Source: Eledone cirrhosa
Lineage: Eukaryota
Direction of reading: 5' to 3'
Assembly: GCA_964016885.1 (NCBI GenBank)
Contig: OZ024745.1
Span: forward strand, 99,448,001 to 99,512,000
DNA: 64,000 nt
A model generated the notes under the pieces. It had not been told where the DNA came from and made no database searches. It saw nothing but the letters and a program-made list of their open reading frames with translations. Made by a program: the position numbers and the translations under genes. The stretch's first letter is position 1. Each line of letters starts with the position of its first letter. Shown piece after piece: positions 1-14,100 of this stretch.

Positions 1-2532
1 CAGTATAAATGTACGTGGCCTGGGGTCATCTTGGAAGATGACAAAGCTTACAGAGACCGGATTAGCGAATTAGTTAAGCGTGCGTTGACGGGTGCGACCG
101 TCAACAACAGGTGGTGGTTTACCCTGAAAAGAGTTATTAGAGTAGAATCGATAAGGTTTAGCAAAGGAATAGTGATAGAGGAAAATAGAGTAGAGGGAGA
201 GTTAGTTAGAAAGCTAGAAGCGGCGTTTAGGACAGGCATCGCAACCGACGTGTTTGCGGCGAGATTGGCAGTCGACCAATTCTTCAACGCAAAGCATGAA
301 GGCTGCGTTGTCAGAGCTAGAGCGCGTGCTCTAAGACACGAGGGGGACGAAAGCCGTTCAATGGGCCGCGGTGGTGGAGGCGCACGTGGAAACTAGTTCA
401 CAATTCGGTCTTTGGATGATCAATACGGGCGCATGTTGCTCGAACCCGAGCAGATGTGTACGGTTTTTCAACAGCACTTTCTCAATTGTTCGGGAGCGGC
501 GGCGGGCCGCATCGGAATATGGACTTCGGTGCATACCTCGAAGGAATGCCGCGGCTCTCGACGACCGCAGCGCAGTGCTGCGAAAAGCCGATACAGCAGG
601 TGAAATACGAGAAGCGATGTCTGACTGCACGATGGGTAAATCGCCAGGTTTGGATGGTCTGCTCTACAAGCTTTATGCGTATATGCCAGAATTGTTCGGC
701 GACCTCTTGGCAGATGTCTACTGCAACTGGCAGCAGAACGGGAGCATTCAAAGTTTTGTGAGCCGGGGAGTGGTGGCGCTGCTGAGAATAGACCCGAACA
801 GGGGGAATGTTATAGACAACTTCAGCCCCATAACTCTGCTAAACGCAGTGTTTAAGTTTTTGGCCAAGGTGTTAGCAAAGAGATTGGCGCTTGTCGTCGG
901 TGATCTGGTGGGAGAGGCGCAGATATGTGCCATTCCGGACAGATCCATCCATGACAACCTCCATCTCATGCGATACATCATAGAGAGGATGTTAAGGAAA
1001 CTGGCACGGGTGTGGCCCTGATCAACTTGGATCAGTCTAAAGCATTTGATAGGGTCGACTATCGGTAACTGGACTATCGGTCCTCGAGACGGCCGGCTTC
1101 GGGCCCGTTTTTAGGGGCTGGATCGCTGCGATGCACAGCAACATCTGCTCGATTGTGAGGGTGAATGGTCACCTGTCGCAGCCTTTCAGCATCATGCGCT
1201 CGGTCCGCCAGGGTTGCCCCCTCTCGTCCCTCTTGTACGTACTGGCCCTCGAGCCGTTACTGCACAAATTGAAGACGATAACGGGGTCCCACGCGAACTG
1301 GGAAGCGGGAGATCCGTGTCAGCTTACGCCGACGACGTCACTGTGGTGGTGTCGAGCACCAAACACGTCCAGATGCTGGGCACCGCTTTCAAGGAATACG
1401 AAGCGGTTACAGGAGCAAAGATAAACCAGGAAAAGTCGGTGGTCTTGCAACTTGGCACCTGGAGACGCAAGTCAATGGCGTCCGACAGCGTCGTGGGGCG
1501 CTGGACGGAAGGACCGGTTAAATTGCTCGGGGTCTGGTTCGGTCCGGACCTCCAGATGGAGACAAACTGGAGCGAGGTGACGAGTAGGGTGGCCTCTCTC
1601 GCCCAGAGATGGGCCGAGAGGAAGCTGTCTCTGAAAGGTCAGGCGGAGGTGGCGAATGCGTACATCGCGTCCGTCATCTGCTACCGCCTGACCGTCGTAC
1701 CTTGCCCACGCCCAACTCTGATAAAAATGGAGCGCCTTCACTTCCGCTTTTTGTGGAAGGGACATGCTCCCTTGGTCGGACGATCCATTTGCTGTCAACA
1801 CTTCTTGCGTGGAGGACTAGGCATACCGTGGCTCATGATGCGCAAACATGCGCTAAGGCTGTGACATCTCTGGTGCTTCCTTGACGGTGAACAGGTGTGG
1901 TCACCGTTTGCCAGACGCGCTTTCCCCCAGCTCGTCTCCTTGAGCTATGTCGAACAGCTGCTGGCGCGTGTAAGACGGATCCGATTATCGACTGAGTCCA
2001 TTGTCTAGATAGCCCCACCATCTTCCTTTAAAAAGGATGAAGGGCAGGCAATTTTCATCTGCCTGGTGGCCAGGTTTCCTCTCCGGCCAATCCCTGATTA
2101 ACTTTTTCAAGTTTCAGTTGAAGAGAAAATCAGGGTGGAGAGGCAAGTGCTGTCTTCATGTAAGTTTGTTGAAAGGTGGGTGAAAGTGGCGAGTCTAGTC
2201 CAAGTGAACGAGTGCGCTCTGAGTATGCGCCTGTAGACTGAGGAGTGGAAAATATGAGAGAGAGCGCTTGCCCTGGTGGTCAGGGTAGCCGTGGTCTTTT
2301 GTGTGGTTTTCGTCACGAGTGACCCTCGGAGATTTCCCCCTTTTTTAGGAATTTTTGTTGTTTGAATTTTTTTGATTTCTATCCCGATTTCTATCTTGTT
2401 ATAACCTGTTTACACGACCAAAACCAACTTTGTATCGTCCTGTACTGTTCTGTGCCATCTGTAATGTTTTTCTTCGTATTAGCCCTTGTGGCCAATAAAT
2501 AAACCATTATTATTATTATTATTACTATTATT
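1..2532 (+). mobile_element. Degenerate Tx1/L1-like LINE copy with frameshifts and internal deletions, ending in AATAAA + (TTA)n
   Basis: ORF fragments 31..1864 align to the ORF2 at 6037..9318 (GKSPGLDG, VRQGCPLS, YADD). The 3' UTR matches 9319..9560. Confidence 0.93.
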
Positions 2533-2727
2533 ATGGATTGGCAGTATCGGTAGAGGGTCAGACGCCATGCTTTGCAGCACAGTTACGTCCCTTTACGAAC
2601 TGAGTTCAAATCCCGCCGACGTTAACTTTGCCTTTCATCCTTACGGGGTCGATAAAATAAAGTACCAGTAATGTACTGGGTAATTGCTGGCCTTGTGCCA
2701 AAAGTAGAAACAATTATTATTATTATT
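2533..2727 (+). mobile_element. tRNA-derived SINE (family 1)
   Basis: A-box-like TGGCAGTATCGG, B-box GAGTTCAAATCCC, body GCCTTTCATCCTTACGGGGTCGATAAAATAAAGTACCAG, (TTA)n tail. Many copies occur in the window. Confidence 0.9.
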
Positions 2728-3047
2728 GTCGTAGGAAATCGTATTATCGTGAGCTCCACCAAAGGTTTGTTGTTTTCAGTTGTTTCAAATTGCCAGTTAT
2801 GGAACATTTTTGTTGATAAGTGTTTATAAGTTCACATATATTGCTTTCTGAAAAGAACATTCAATAATATTGGGGCCTTGAGCCCAAAACTTAAACTTTA
2901 TATTTATCAAACAAAAAATTTCTTTGAAAAAAGAAACATGGACGGCATTCAGCCACCAAAATCTGCTGTTTCTAACAGGCTAACGTCCCCCACAACCACC
3001 ACCATTGTAAATTATGCCACGGTTGCTAACACTGAAAATATAATTAA

Positions 3048-3793
<746 letters not shown>

Positions 3794-3856
3794 TAGATAG
3801 CAGTCTCAATTATTTAGATTTGCCGTATACAGACATGGTTTTTCCCGCCATTACCA

Positions 3857-5902
3857 ATGTCCACAGGTGTTAAAGCCGCCATCCCCACCACCACAATGTC
3901 AAAAAGAGCAACCAACACCACTGATACCACCACCACCACCACAACAACAACTAAAACAAATAATAAATTACTATCTCGTGATATCGAAATGGATTCTCCA
4001 AAAATCGACTCTTCCACGCCGAACGCCACTGACACCACCACCACAACTGAAACTAAAAATGATAACAACAAAAATAACAATAACAACAACAGCAACAACA
4101 GCAACAATGAGAATAACAACAACAACATCAACACCAGCACAAAGCCAAATGTGTCGTTTGCTAAAGCGGCAAAAAAATGAAACGGTTGAGGTTAGCCAGG
4201 AAGAATTGAATGAAGCCAAGCGAATGGTAAAAAAAATAGGGTTACAGGGTCAACCCCCCCCCCCCCCCCCCCCATCTAATACCATGGAGCATCGGCGCCT
4301 ATGCACTGTGTCATATCGCACGATAAACATTAAAACGTTCAGAGTGTAACGGGCNNNNNNNNNNNNNNNNNNNNNNNNNNNNNNNNNNNNNNNNNNNNNN
4401 NNNNNNNNNNNNNNNNNNNNNNNNNNNNNNNNNNNNNNNNNNNNNNNNNNNNNNNNNNNNNNNNNNNNNNNNNNNNNNNNNNNNNNNNNNNNNNNNNNNN
4501 NNNNNNNNNNNNNNNNNNNNNNNNNNNNNNNNNNNNNNNNNNNNNNNNNNNNNNAACGGGCATCTGATTCCCAGATACAAAAAGCTTTGGGACATGTGTG
4601 GACTCAAAAAACCCACATCAGACGTGGGCAAAAATATGGAACCGTGGACGTGTTCTTTGGAACCCCACAGGAAGCCAGATAGCACTCCATGGCCCCATTA
4701 AAAAGTAACGAGTTCACACTCGTCCCAAGCTATTGTGGTCAGAGGCTGGTAAGGATCAGGGTGACCCACGTTCCGCCGGCCATTGAAATTCCCTGGCTAA
4801 TGGCTGTCGTCCTCGCCGACATCGAGGCCGACACTAAAGTTATTGAGGTGATAAAAGTAAAGCAGGAGAACTGGTCTGGATCTGGGATGGAGCTCCTGAT
4901 CCAAGCGGACCAAAAAAACATACAGGAAATTCCAGAGGTGATAGACCTCAATGACGGCAGCTACCTCACCGTAATCGTTGAGGGTAGAAGGCCTAGATGT
5001 GTTGTTTGTGGCGAAGGAACCCACCTAAAGGCTTTCTGCCCTCCGGCTAAAATGTTGAGGCCACCTCTCCTACCCACCCCAGTGACCCAACCATCAAAAC
5101 CAGCAGCAGAAATGGCAGCAACAACAGAAGCAACTGTAGCAACAACTGTAGCAGCAGCAGTAGCAAAACCAACACCACCCACCACGCCAGAATTAGCACC
5201 AGCGCCTCCACCATCCACCACGCCACAACCTAAATCAACGCCTGTGGAGTATTTTCCACTCCCCGACCCATCGCAACTGGAGACAGATTGTGACGGCGAG
5301 GAGGTGTGGGAAACTGTATCTGGAAAAAAGAAAAAAAAAAGAACCCCCCCCCCCCAAAAAAAAAAAATCCGCTTCCATCGCCCTCCCAAAACAAAATGCA
5401 GGGCGAAACAAACAAACAAACTAACAAAAAAGTTAAGACAGCTATGTCACCACCCACACCAGCATCACCAACCCCATCACCACAAACACCAACACCATCA
5501 CCATCATTAACCCGAACACCACCATCACCAACACCACAAAAATCACTAACAATCGAAACAGAAACAAACCCACAACAAACGCAAACAAAACAAAGCAACT
5601 AAAACGATACACACTACACAGCATTACATTTGAACAACAACCAATTATTACACTACATCCAACACAACACCGACATCACAAAAAAGACTACACAACACCC
5701 CAAAAATTTACACCACCTTCACACATACAAATCACTCGCATCACACAGAAAACGTACACGACACTAAAATTAAAATTCCCCAAAGACATCGGAGACTTCC
5801 GACAAACACTCTCCAGGAGGATTTATGAAGACATCCTTCCGGATGGGGCCACAATCAGTGAGAAGGACGGAAAAACCATCCCCTCCACAAGAAGTGAGGT
5901 AA
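3857..5902 (+). pseudogene. Tx1-like ORF1 (gag-like), broken by homopolymer frameshifts and stops
   Basis: Segments 3857..4180, ..4349, 4557..5510 and later. CVVCGEGTHLKAFC is CX2CX4HX4C. Thr/Asn/Pro low-complexity linkers. Confidence 0.75.
4355..4554. other. Assembly gap of 200 N
   Basis: Run of N flanked on both sides by AACGGGC. Confidence 1.
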
Positions 5903-5937
5903 GTAGTCTTTCCCATCTTTTTCCACTTCTTTTCAAC

Positions 5938-8900
5938 ATAACCTTACTCAGAATAGGCAGCATAAATGCGCGTGGCCTGGGTTCGTCATGGAAGCAGGGG
6001 CTCCTGCTCAACGACATCAGGTCACTAAATATATATGTGGTGGCCATCAGCGAGACCAGAATCTCCGAAGCACGAGTCTTCGCACCGATCTTCGGCGGCT
6101 ACGATGTATACGCATCTCCCAGCCGTCCAGGATTGGGAGGAGTTGCTGTGCTTTTTCGGAGAGGCTTGAATCTCGCCATACGGGCCATCTTCCTGGACCC
6201 AGAAGGTAAGTTGGTGGTGTTGGACGTGACTAGCGGAGACGGGCAAGCTTTCAGGCTAGTGGCCGTCTATGCCCCGACAGGAGCAGGGCGGCCTGATTTC
6301 TTCCGGCGTCTGGAGACCTTGCTTGGAACGTCCCCCTCTTTAGTGTTAGGGGGCGACTGGAACGGGATCTTAGATGCACGCTGGGAGGGAGGAGGGTGTA
6401 AAAGCCTCGCAAACCTACTCAGACGGTTTCAACTGTCTGACAGGTACCGTCTGGATTTCTCGAATGTGCCAATGTGGACATGGACAAACAGCATCGGGTC
6501 ATCCAGATCATATCTAGATAGGTTATTTTGTAAGGAAATAGATAGGTCTAGCATAGGCTGTCCACAATTCAAGATAGTCGACTACACGGACCACAAATTC
6601 GTAATCTGTGTGGTTGACTTAGATAGGCTTCATAGACAGGGACCCGGCTACTGGAAGCTAAACGCGTCTTTAACAGCGCTTAAGGCCTACAGAGACCGAA
6701 TTAGCGAACTAGTTAAGCGGGCGTTGACGGGGGCCATCGTCAACAACAAATGGTGGTTTGCTCTGAAAAGAGCGATTAGGTTTAGTAAGGCTTTAGCAAT
6801 AGAGAAAAATAGAGCAGGGGGAGAACTAGTTAGAAAATTAGACGAGGCGCTTAGCAAAGGCATCGCGACCGACGTGCTTGCGGCGAAATTGGCCCTTGAC
6901 CAATTCTTCAATGCAAAGCACGAAGGCTGCGTTGTCAGAGCTAGGGTGCGTGCTCTCAGACACGAGGGGACGAAAGCCGTTCAATGGGCCCGAGTGGCGG
7001 AGGCGCGTTGTGGAAACAAAGCCACGATCCGGTCTTTGGTGGACCACGACGGGCGCATGCTACTCGATCCCGGGCAAATGTGTGAAGCTTTTCAGCGACA
7101 CTTCGCTCACCTGTTCGGGGGCAGCGGCGGGCCGGATCGAGGGATGGACTTTAGTGTCTACCTCGACGGACTGCCGCGGCTCTCGGCCACTGAGGCGGTG
7201 TGTTGCGAAAAGCCGATAACAGCCGCTGAAGTACGGGAGGCAATGACTGGCTGCACAAGGGGTAAATCGCCTGGTTTGGATGGTCTGCCCTATGAACTTT
7301 ACGTACAAATGCCAGTCTTGTTCGGAGGCCTCTTGGCGGACGTCTACTGCAATTGGCAACAGAACGGGAGAATTCCCAGCTCTGTGAGCCGAGGAGCGGT
7401 GGCGCTGCCGAGAAAGGATCCGAACAAGGGGGATATCATAGATAATTTTAGGCCCAAAACTCTGCTAAACACAGAGTTCAAGATTTTGGCCAAGGTGCTA
7501 GCAAAGAGGTTGGCGCTTGTCGTTGGTGGTCTGGTGGGAGAGGCGCAGACATGCGCCATTCCCGACAGATCCATCCACGACAACCTCCACCTCATGCGAT
7601 ACATCGTAGAGAGGGTAGCTAGGGAACCTGGCACGGGTGGGTCTTTGATAAATTTAGATCAGTCGAAAGCCTTCGATAGGGTCGACCATCGTTACCTAGC
7701 AGCAGTCCTGAGGGCGGCTGGCTTTGGGCACGTCTTCAGAGGCTGGATCGCTGCCATGCACAGCGACATCTGCTCTGTAGTGAGAGTGAACGGTCACCTT
7801 TCGGAACCGTTCAACATAATGCGCTCGGTCCGCCAAGGATGTCCCCTCTCGTCCCTATTGTACGTATTGACTCTCGAGCCATTACTGCACAAACTGGAGA
7901 CGTTGAGGGGGGTCCCGCGCGAACTAGGATGCGGAAGATCCGTGTCAGCATATGCGGACGATGTCACCGTAGTGGTGTCGAACGCCAAACACATCGAGGC
8001 GATCGGTACTACACTAAGAGAATACGAAGCGGTGACAGGAGCAATGATCAACCAGGAAAAGTCAGTGGGCCTGCAGCTCGGCACCTGGAGAGGCAGATCC
8101 ATGCCGTCCAACAGCGTCGTCGGGCGCTGGACGGACGGACCGGTTAAATTGCTAGGGGTCTGGTTCGGTCCAGACCTCCAGACGGACAAAAACTGGGACG
8201 AGGTGACGAGCAGGGTGGCTTCTCTCACCCAGAAATGGGCCGAGAGGAAGCTATCCCTAAAAGGTCGAGCGGAGGTGGCTAACGCGTACATCGCGTCCGT
8301 CATCTACTACCGCCTGACCGTCGTACCTTGTCCTAAGCCCCGCCTGACTGCGCTGGAGCGTTTGCTCTTTCGCTTCTTGTGGAAAGGACGCGCTCCGATG
8401 GTCAGGCGGTCCATCTGCTGTCAACACCCGCTACGTGGAGGGCTGGGCATGCCGTGGCTGATGATGCGCAGACACGCGCTCAGGCTACGACATCTCCACC
8501 TCTTCCTCGACGGTGATCAGGTGTGGTCGCCGTTTGTTAGACACGTTTTTCCCCAGCTCGTCTCCTTGACGGAGCTGCAGTCCTGGGTCAAGTGAAGACC
8601 GAGAGGGAGCGCTTGGAGACTGGAATGTCTTCAGGCGCTCACAGCCCTCGACCAATCGGGCAATGTGATCGGTGGAAACTCCACCTTGGCGTTCTATAGG
8701 GGATTAGTGGAGGGTAAGAGCGACGACGTACTTGGAGAAACTCTAGGCGTCGACGAAAATCAACTAGCCAATCTCTTCGGAAGGACTTTCGGGCTGGGGC
8801 CTATGGACAACTTCCAGAAATCCCTGGCCTGGCAGTGCTACCGGGGTGCTTTGCCAGTTCGGGATAAACTCTACAGGCATGGAGGTGCCGTCAGCCGGGC

Positions 8901-9318
8901 ATGTCCGAGATGCGCACAGGGCGACGAAACCGTCCTGCACGTACTCGTCCAGTGTCCGAGCATTGCTGACTTGTGGGTTTATGTCGAACACATGCTGTCA
9001 CGTGTAGGACGGATCCAGCTATCAGCTGAGTCCATCGTGAGGATTGCCCCGCCCTCTTCCTTTAGCCGGGAAGGGCAGGCAGTTTTTATCTGTCTGGTGG
9101 CCATGGCGAAAGAGATAGTATGGTGGACACGTTTGAAAGGGCTGAAGACGAGCACTTACCTCTTCGGTGATGCCCTGATTAACTTTTTCAAATTTCATTT
9201 GAAAAGGAAAATCAGGGTAGAGAGGGAAGTGCTCTCTTCCCAGCATTTTGTTGAAAGATGGGTGAGAGAAGCAAGTATGGCCCGAATGAATGGGCCTTCT
9301 CTGAGTATGTGTCTGTAA
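5938..9318 (+). pseudogene. Tx1-like ORF2: apurinic endonuclease + reverse transcriptase + zf-RVT, one in-frame TGA at 8593
   Basis: INARGL, ISETR, VYAP, LGGDWN, YLDR and TDH (APE); LDQSKAFDRV, RQGCPLS and YADD (RT); CPRC-x8-H-x4-C. ORFs 6037..8595 and 8665..9318 share a frame. Confidence 0.93.
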
Positions 9319-9584
9319 ATTAAAGGTGGAAAACTGGGAGAGGGCACTTGCCCTGGTGGTCAGGGTCACTGTGGTCTTTTACTGGGCTTTCTTCACAAAT
9401 GTCCCTCGGAAGTCTCCCCCCTATTGGGGAATTTTTCTTTGTTATTTTATTTCAACCTCCGTTTTTTTTACACGCAGAAATACCCATTTGTACCGTCCTG
9501 TATTGTCCTGTACTGTCCTTAATGTCTACTTTATGTAAACCCTTGTGGTTAATAAAGAAAACATTATCATTATTATTATTACTA

Positions 9585-11138
9585 TTTGAGTCTCAGTCAT
9601 TGATGTTAGTTAACTGGAAAGTTTGTTGAAATGAATATCAAGCCACTACCTGCAGCCTCAGATATTCAGGACGTATCGGAGGGTTCTTGCTGTTCCCAGC
9701 AAGCATGCCTTTTGAAGAGTTCCAAAAAGCGTGAAGGGGCCAATTTTCTTTAACCATCCCTGGAAACTTTTTGAGATAGTCCCTAGTGCGCCTATGACAA
9801 TCGGGATCACTTTGACTTCATGGCAGTTCCAAATCCTTTTTAGCTCCCAATTAAAGTCCTGGTATCGGTTAATTTTCTCCCTCTCCTTTTCTTGCACTCT
9901 CGTGTCGAATGGGCAGGCCACATCCACAATCAGGCACGATCTTTTTTCTTTGTCCACAACCACCAGGTCAGGTCTATTGTGTTCCAGTTTCTTGTCCGTC
10001 TGTATCCTAAAATCCCACAGCACCTTCACCTGATTGTTTTCTATCACCGACTCTGGCTTATGCTCATACCACTTCTCAGAATGTGGTAAATTGTTTACTT
10101 TGCATAGGTGCCAGTGGATCACCCTGCCCATCACATCATGTCTCCAGCCCTTATAGTGAGTCTGGGCTAAGTGTTTACACTCGGATACAATATGTGAGCC
10201 ACAGTCTCCTCTCTCTCTTCACAGATCCTGCACAGTGGGCTAGCCTCCTCCTTGTAAATATGGTGTTTCAACCACTTCGTTTTGAGGGCCTGCTCCTGCG
10301 CAGCCATTAACATTCCTTCTGTAGCCTTTTTAAGGTCTCCTCCTTTCAACCAGTTCCATGTCTGTGGATCTTTAAATTCAGTTTTCTCAAAGAAGGTACT
10401 ATGAAGGCATTTTCCCTGAAGGCTGCTCTTTCTCCTTGATGTTATTTCCTCCTTGGACATCCCCTGGCCTATTGTCCCCTCCTTCAGTACAGTTCTGAGC
10501 ATTGGCTCCTTACTATCAGTCACGTATTTGTGTAGGTTATTTTTCTCCATTTGAACACAGTCCTCTATGCTGATAAAACCTCTTCCACCTTCAGATCTCC
10601 TTAAGTAGAGTCTATCGACATCACTCCTCTTGTGGAACATGTTGTAGATAGTCAATAGCTTCCTAGTCTTCCTATCCATTTCTTTTTGTTCAGCAACATT
10701 CCATCTCAGAATTCCCGCACTGTACCTAATAATAGACACAGCTCGGGAATTTACTGCACTTATGGCATTCCTACTGTTCAGATGTGACTTTAATACGCTC
10801 CGTACTCTCCGAATGTATTCAGTTCTTATCAATTCCTTCTTTATTTTGTTCTTGATGTCATAAGCCTCCAGAACACCCAAATACTTGTATCCTTCTTCAG
10901 AGTCAATTTCCTTTATCATCTCACCTGTTGGTACCTGGATTCCGTTACTTCTGCTCAACTTACCCCTCTTCATCACAATGACTCCACCCTTACTAATACC
11001 AAATTGCATACATATATCATTGCTGAAAATACGGACAGTGTCAACAAGCACATCCAACTCCTTCTCACTCTTCCCGAAGAGCTTAAGATCGCCCTCCCTT
11101 TCCCAACCTGTATCCTGCTCTCACTTTTCGCAGTACAC
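9585..11138 (-). mobile_element. 5'-truncated R4/Dong-like LINE, family A (RT C-terminus, CCHC, restriction-like endonuclease)
   Basis: YKYLG, EGGRG, CRIC..ETVAHI, NRPDLVVVD..IVDVACP..EKINRY, VIPIVIGALG. Flanked by (TAA)n on both sides. Confidence 0.9.
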
Positions 11139-11158
11139 TATTATTATTATTATTATTA

Positions 11159-14100
11159 CAGTTGCATTTATCTTGCTTTATGTTCATACGAGTTATCACC
11201 AAGTTACAACCAGTGACCTCAAGAGACAACAAGGTCCGCCATGTTCAAGAAAGAACATACATACTCACACATGCATCTTTAGTGTTTAGACTTGTGATGT
11301 ACTTATATTGACAGAATCTTCCTTAGTATAAGGGCAGTTCCCATTAGTACTATCTTTTGTATTTTTCCTATACGCGGGTTTCCTGGGATTTGCGATATGT
11401 AATCATTAGACCCCTTAGGTATCATTCCCAGAGCGCCTACAACCACTGGTATTGTTTTAGTTCTCAATTTCCACATTTTTCCAATTTCTATCTCCAGCTC
11501 CTTGTACTTGCTCAATTTTTCAAATGTTTTTATAGATACATTCTTGTCTATTGGAACAGACATATCAATTAGCAGGCATACCCTCTTTTGAAAGTCCTTC
11601 AATATTATATCAGGTCTATTTGCATCTATTTTTCGGTCTGTGTGGATGCTAAAGTTCCACAAGATTGAGATGTGATCTTTTTCAAGTATGGGAGGTGGTT
11701 GATGCTCCCACCAATTCTTTTGATGGGGCAGGTCAAAATGCTTACACATTATCCAATGTATGTATTGTGCAGCTCTGTCATGCCTGTTTAGGTATTCGGT
11801 TGGAGCTATAGGACTGCACATTGAAATTATATGGTCAATGGTCTCTGGTTGTTTTTTGCATACACGGCATAATGGGCTGCACCCATTTTTTATTATGTTG
11901 GCTTGGTAATTTTTTGTTGGCAGACACTGATCTTGTGCCAATATAATCAGTCCTTCAGTCTCCGATTTCAGTCCAGTGGATGCCAACCACTGATGGGTTA
12001 AAGTTTTGTCAACATCAGGATTGTTAGCTTGCTCTGGGTATTTTCCATACAGAGGCTTTTCTTGCCATTTCTTAGCCAGTTTCTGTAGCAGTTCTTTCTT
12101 TGCAGTTACTTTTACCTGCTTTGCTTTTTCTGTGTTTTCCATTTCAGCAGTAAATGGGACTTCTGAAATTTGTAGTCCATTACTGTATCTTTGTGCATCT
12201 TTTGTAATGGAATATGATCTTTTGATGCTTTCGTGTTTCAAAACGAGTTTGATCATCCAATCATGTGATTCCCTTAGATATATAGATAATCCAATTGTTG
12301 CAGTTTTCAACGCAATGTCTAACTGGATTAACCCACGTCCTCCTTCTTTCCTAGGGAGATATATTCTATCTATATCTGCCTTAGGGTGATGCATTCTGTG
12401 CATGGTTAAGAATTTGCGAATTTTTGTATCGAGCCTACGGATCTCTGTGCTTGACCAGTTGATGACATTGTAACTGTAGGTTACTACTGGTATGGCAAGT
12501 GTGTTTATGGCATCGATCCTATTCCTTGCATTCAATTCCGTTCTTAAGATTGCTCTTACTCTGCGGTAACATTCCTTCCTTATCCTTTCCCTCATTGTCG
12601 AGTGCTTGATTCCGTCTCCTTCACAAACACCTAGATATTTGTAAGTTTTTTCTTGATCAAGGTCTCTTATCACGTTCCCCCGATCAAGATTAATGTCTGA
12701 ACTCTTCAGCAGCTTACCTCTGGTGAACGTTGCTTTGGCGCATTTATCTAGTCCAAACTCCATTTTAATGACATCACTGAACTGCTTCACAGTGGATAAT
12801 AGCCCTTGCAATTGTTCATCATTTTTTGCAAATAGTTTCAGGTCATCCATGTAGAACAGGTGATTAATGGTTTTGTCATAGACTTTATATCCATGTTTTG
12901 TTTCATTGAGCATTTTACTTAATGGTATAAGTGCGATGCAGAATAAAAGCAGTGATAAAGAGTCACCCTGAAAAATTCCACAATTAATATTAACTTCTCC
13001 AGCTTCCAGTGATTTTGTTTCACTATTCAAAAGGAGTGTCGTTTTCCATGTCTTCATACTGAATGACAAAAACCTCCTGACAACGGGGGATATTTTGAAA
13101 ATCTCTAAACATTTTTCAATCCAACTGTGTGGCAAACTATCGAATGCTTTTTTATAATCTATCCAAGCAATCGATAGATTTTTGTGTCTATTATGACAAT
13201 CTTCCAGTATCATTTTGTTAACCAGAAGCTGATCCTTACAGCCATATGAGCCTCGTTTACACCCTTTCTGCTCAATGGGAAATAGGTCATTTGTTATCAG
13301 GTGGTCATATGTGTATTCAGCTAGGACTGATGTTAAAATTATACATTTATACATTGTGGTCAAGCAAGTTATCGGTCTGTAATTTTTGGGATTGTTTGTC
13401 TCATCATTCTTCGGAAGCAGGAATGTAATGCCGTTAACTAGCCATGATGGTATCTTTTCTGGCTCCTTAACTATTTCATTGTAAAGTTGGGCTAACAGCT
13501 CATGAGACTCTGTGAAGGCATTTATCCAAAAGTTTTGTATTTTGTCTTTTCCTGGGGATTTCCATTTGCTGGTTTTTCTTAGAGCCAAGCGCAACTGTTC
13601 AACTGTTATATTTTCCCATATTTGTTCTTCAAGGTGAGCTCTATCTTTCATTTGTCTGTCTATCCATGGGGCATGTATGTTATGAACTTTTTCTTCGGCC
13701 CAGATCTTTTCCCAGAATTCTTGCACTTCCTCCTTGGGTGGTATTGATTTAGCAGTTATTGTTGACTTACCAATTTTTCTGTTGAAGTTTCTTTGGTTGT
13801 TTTTGAACATATTATTGTCCTTATAGAATCTAGATCGTTTTTCAAAGCGCCTTATACGAGCAGCTTTGGCCGACACTTTTTGCTTGATTATTTCTATCAG
13901 CATGTCTATGTCACATGTTGATTTTATACTGTACTTTTTTTCAATTTTCTAAGTTTAGTTTGTTTAACATGTTCACCTACTTTATAGTTTGTTAAAATTT
14001 CTATGTCAGATCGGAGAAGGTTTATTTGGCGATTGATGTTCTCTTGCCAAGTAGATTTCTTGTGGGAATTCCTTTGTTTTTTCATCTTCACTCCACATAA

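Larger units (their letters stand above)
3801..9584 (+). mobile_element. Near full-length Tx1/L1-clade non-LTR retrotransposon (ORF1 + APE-RT ORF2)
   Basis: Two-ORF layout, CCHC knuckle in ORF1, APE + RT + C-terminal zinc finger in ORF2, 3' UTR with AATAAA and (TTA)n. The 5' boundary is approximate. Confidence 0.93.

Noticed and set aside
2533-2620. tRNA gene suggested by A/B boxes
   Set aside because: It is the head of a dispersed SINE with no cloverleaf.
5896-5904. Consensus donor GAG|GTAAGT between Tx1 ORF1 and ORF2
   Set aside because: It overlaps the probable ORF1 stop and no supported acceptor or product was found.
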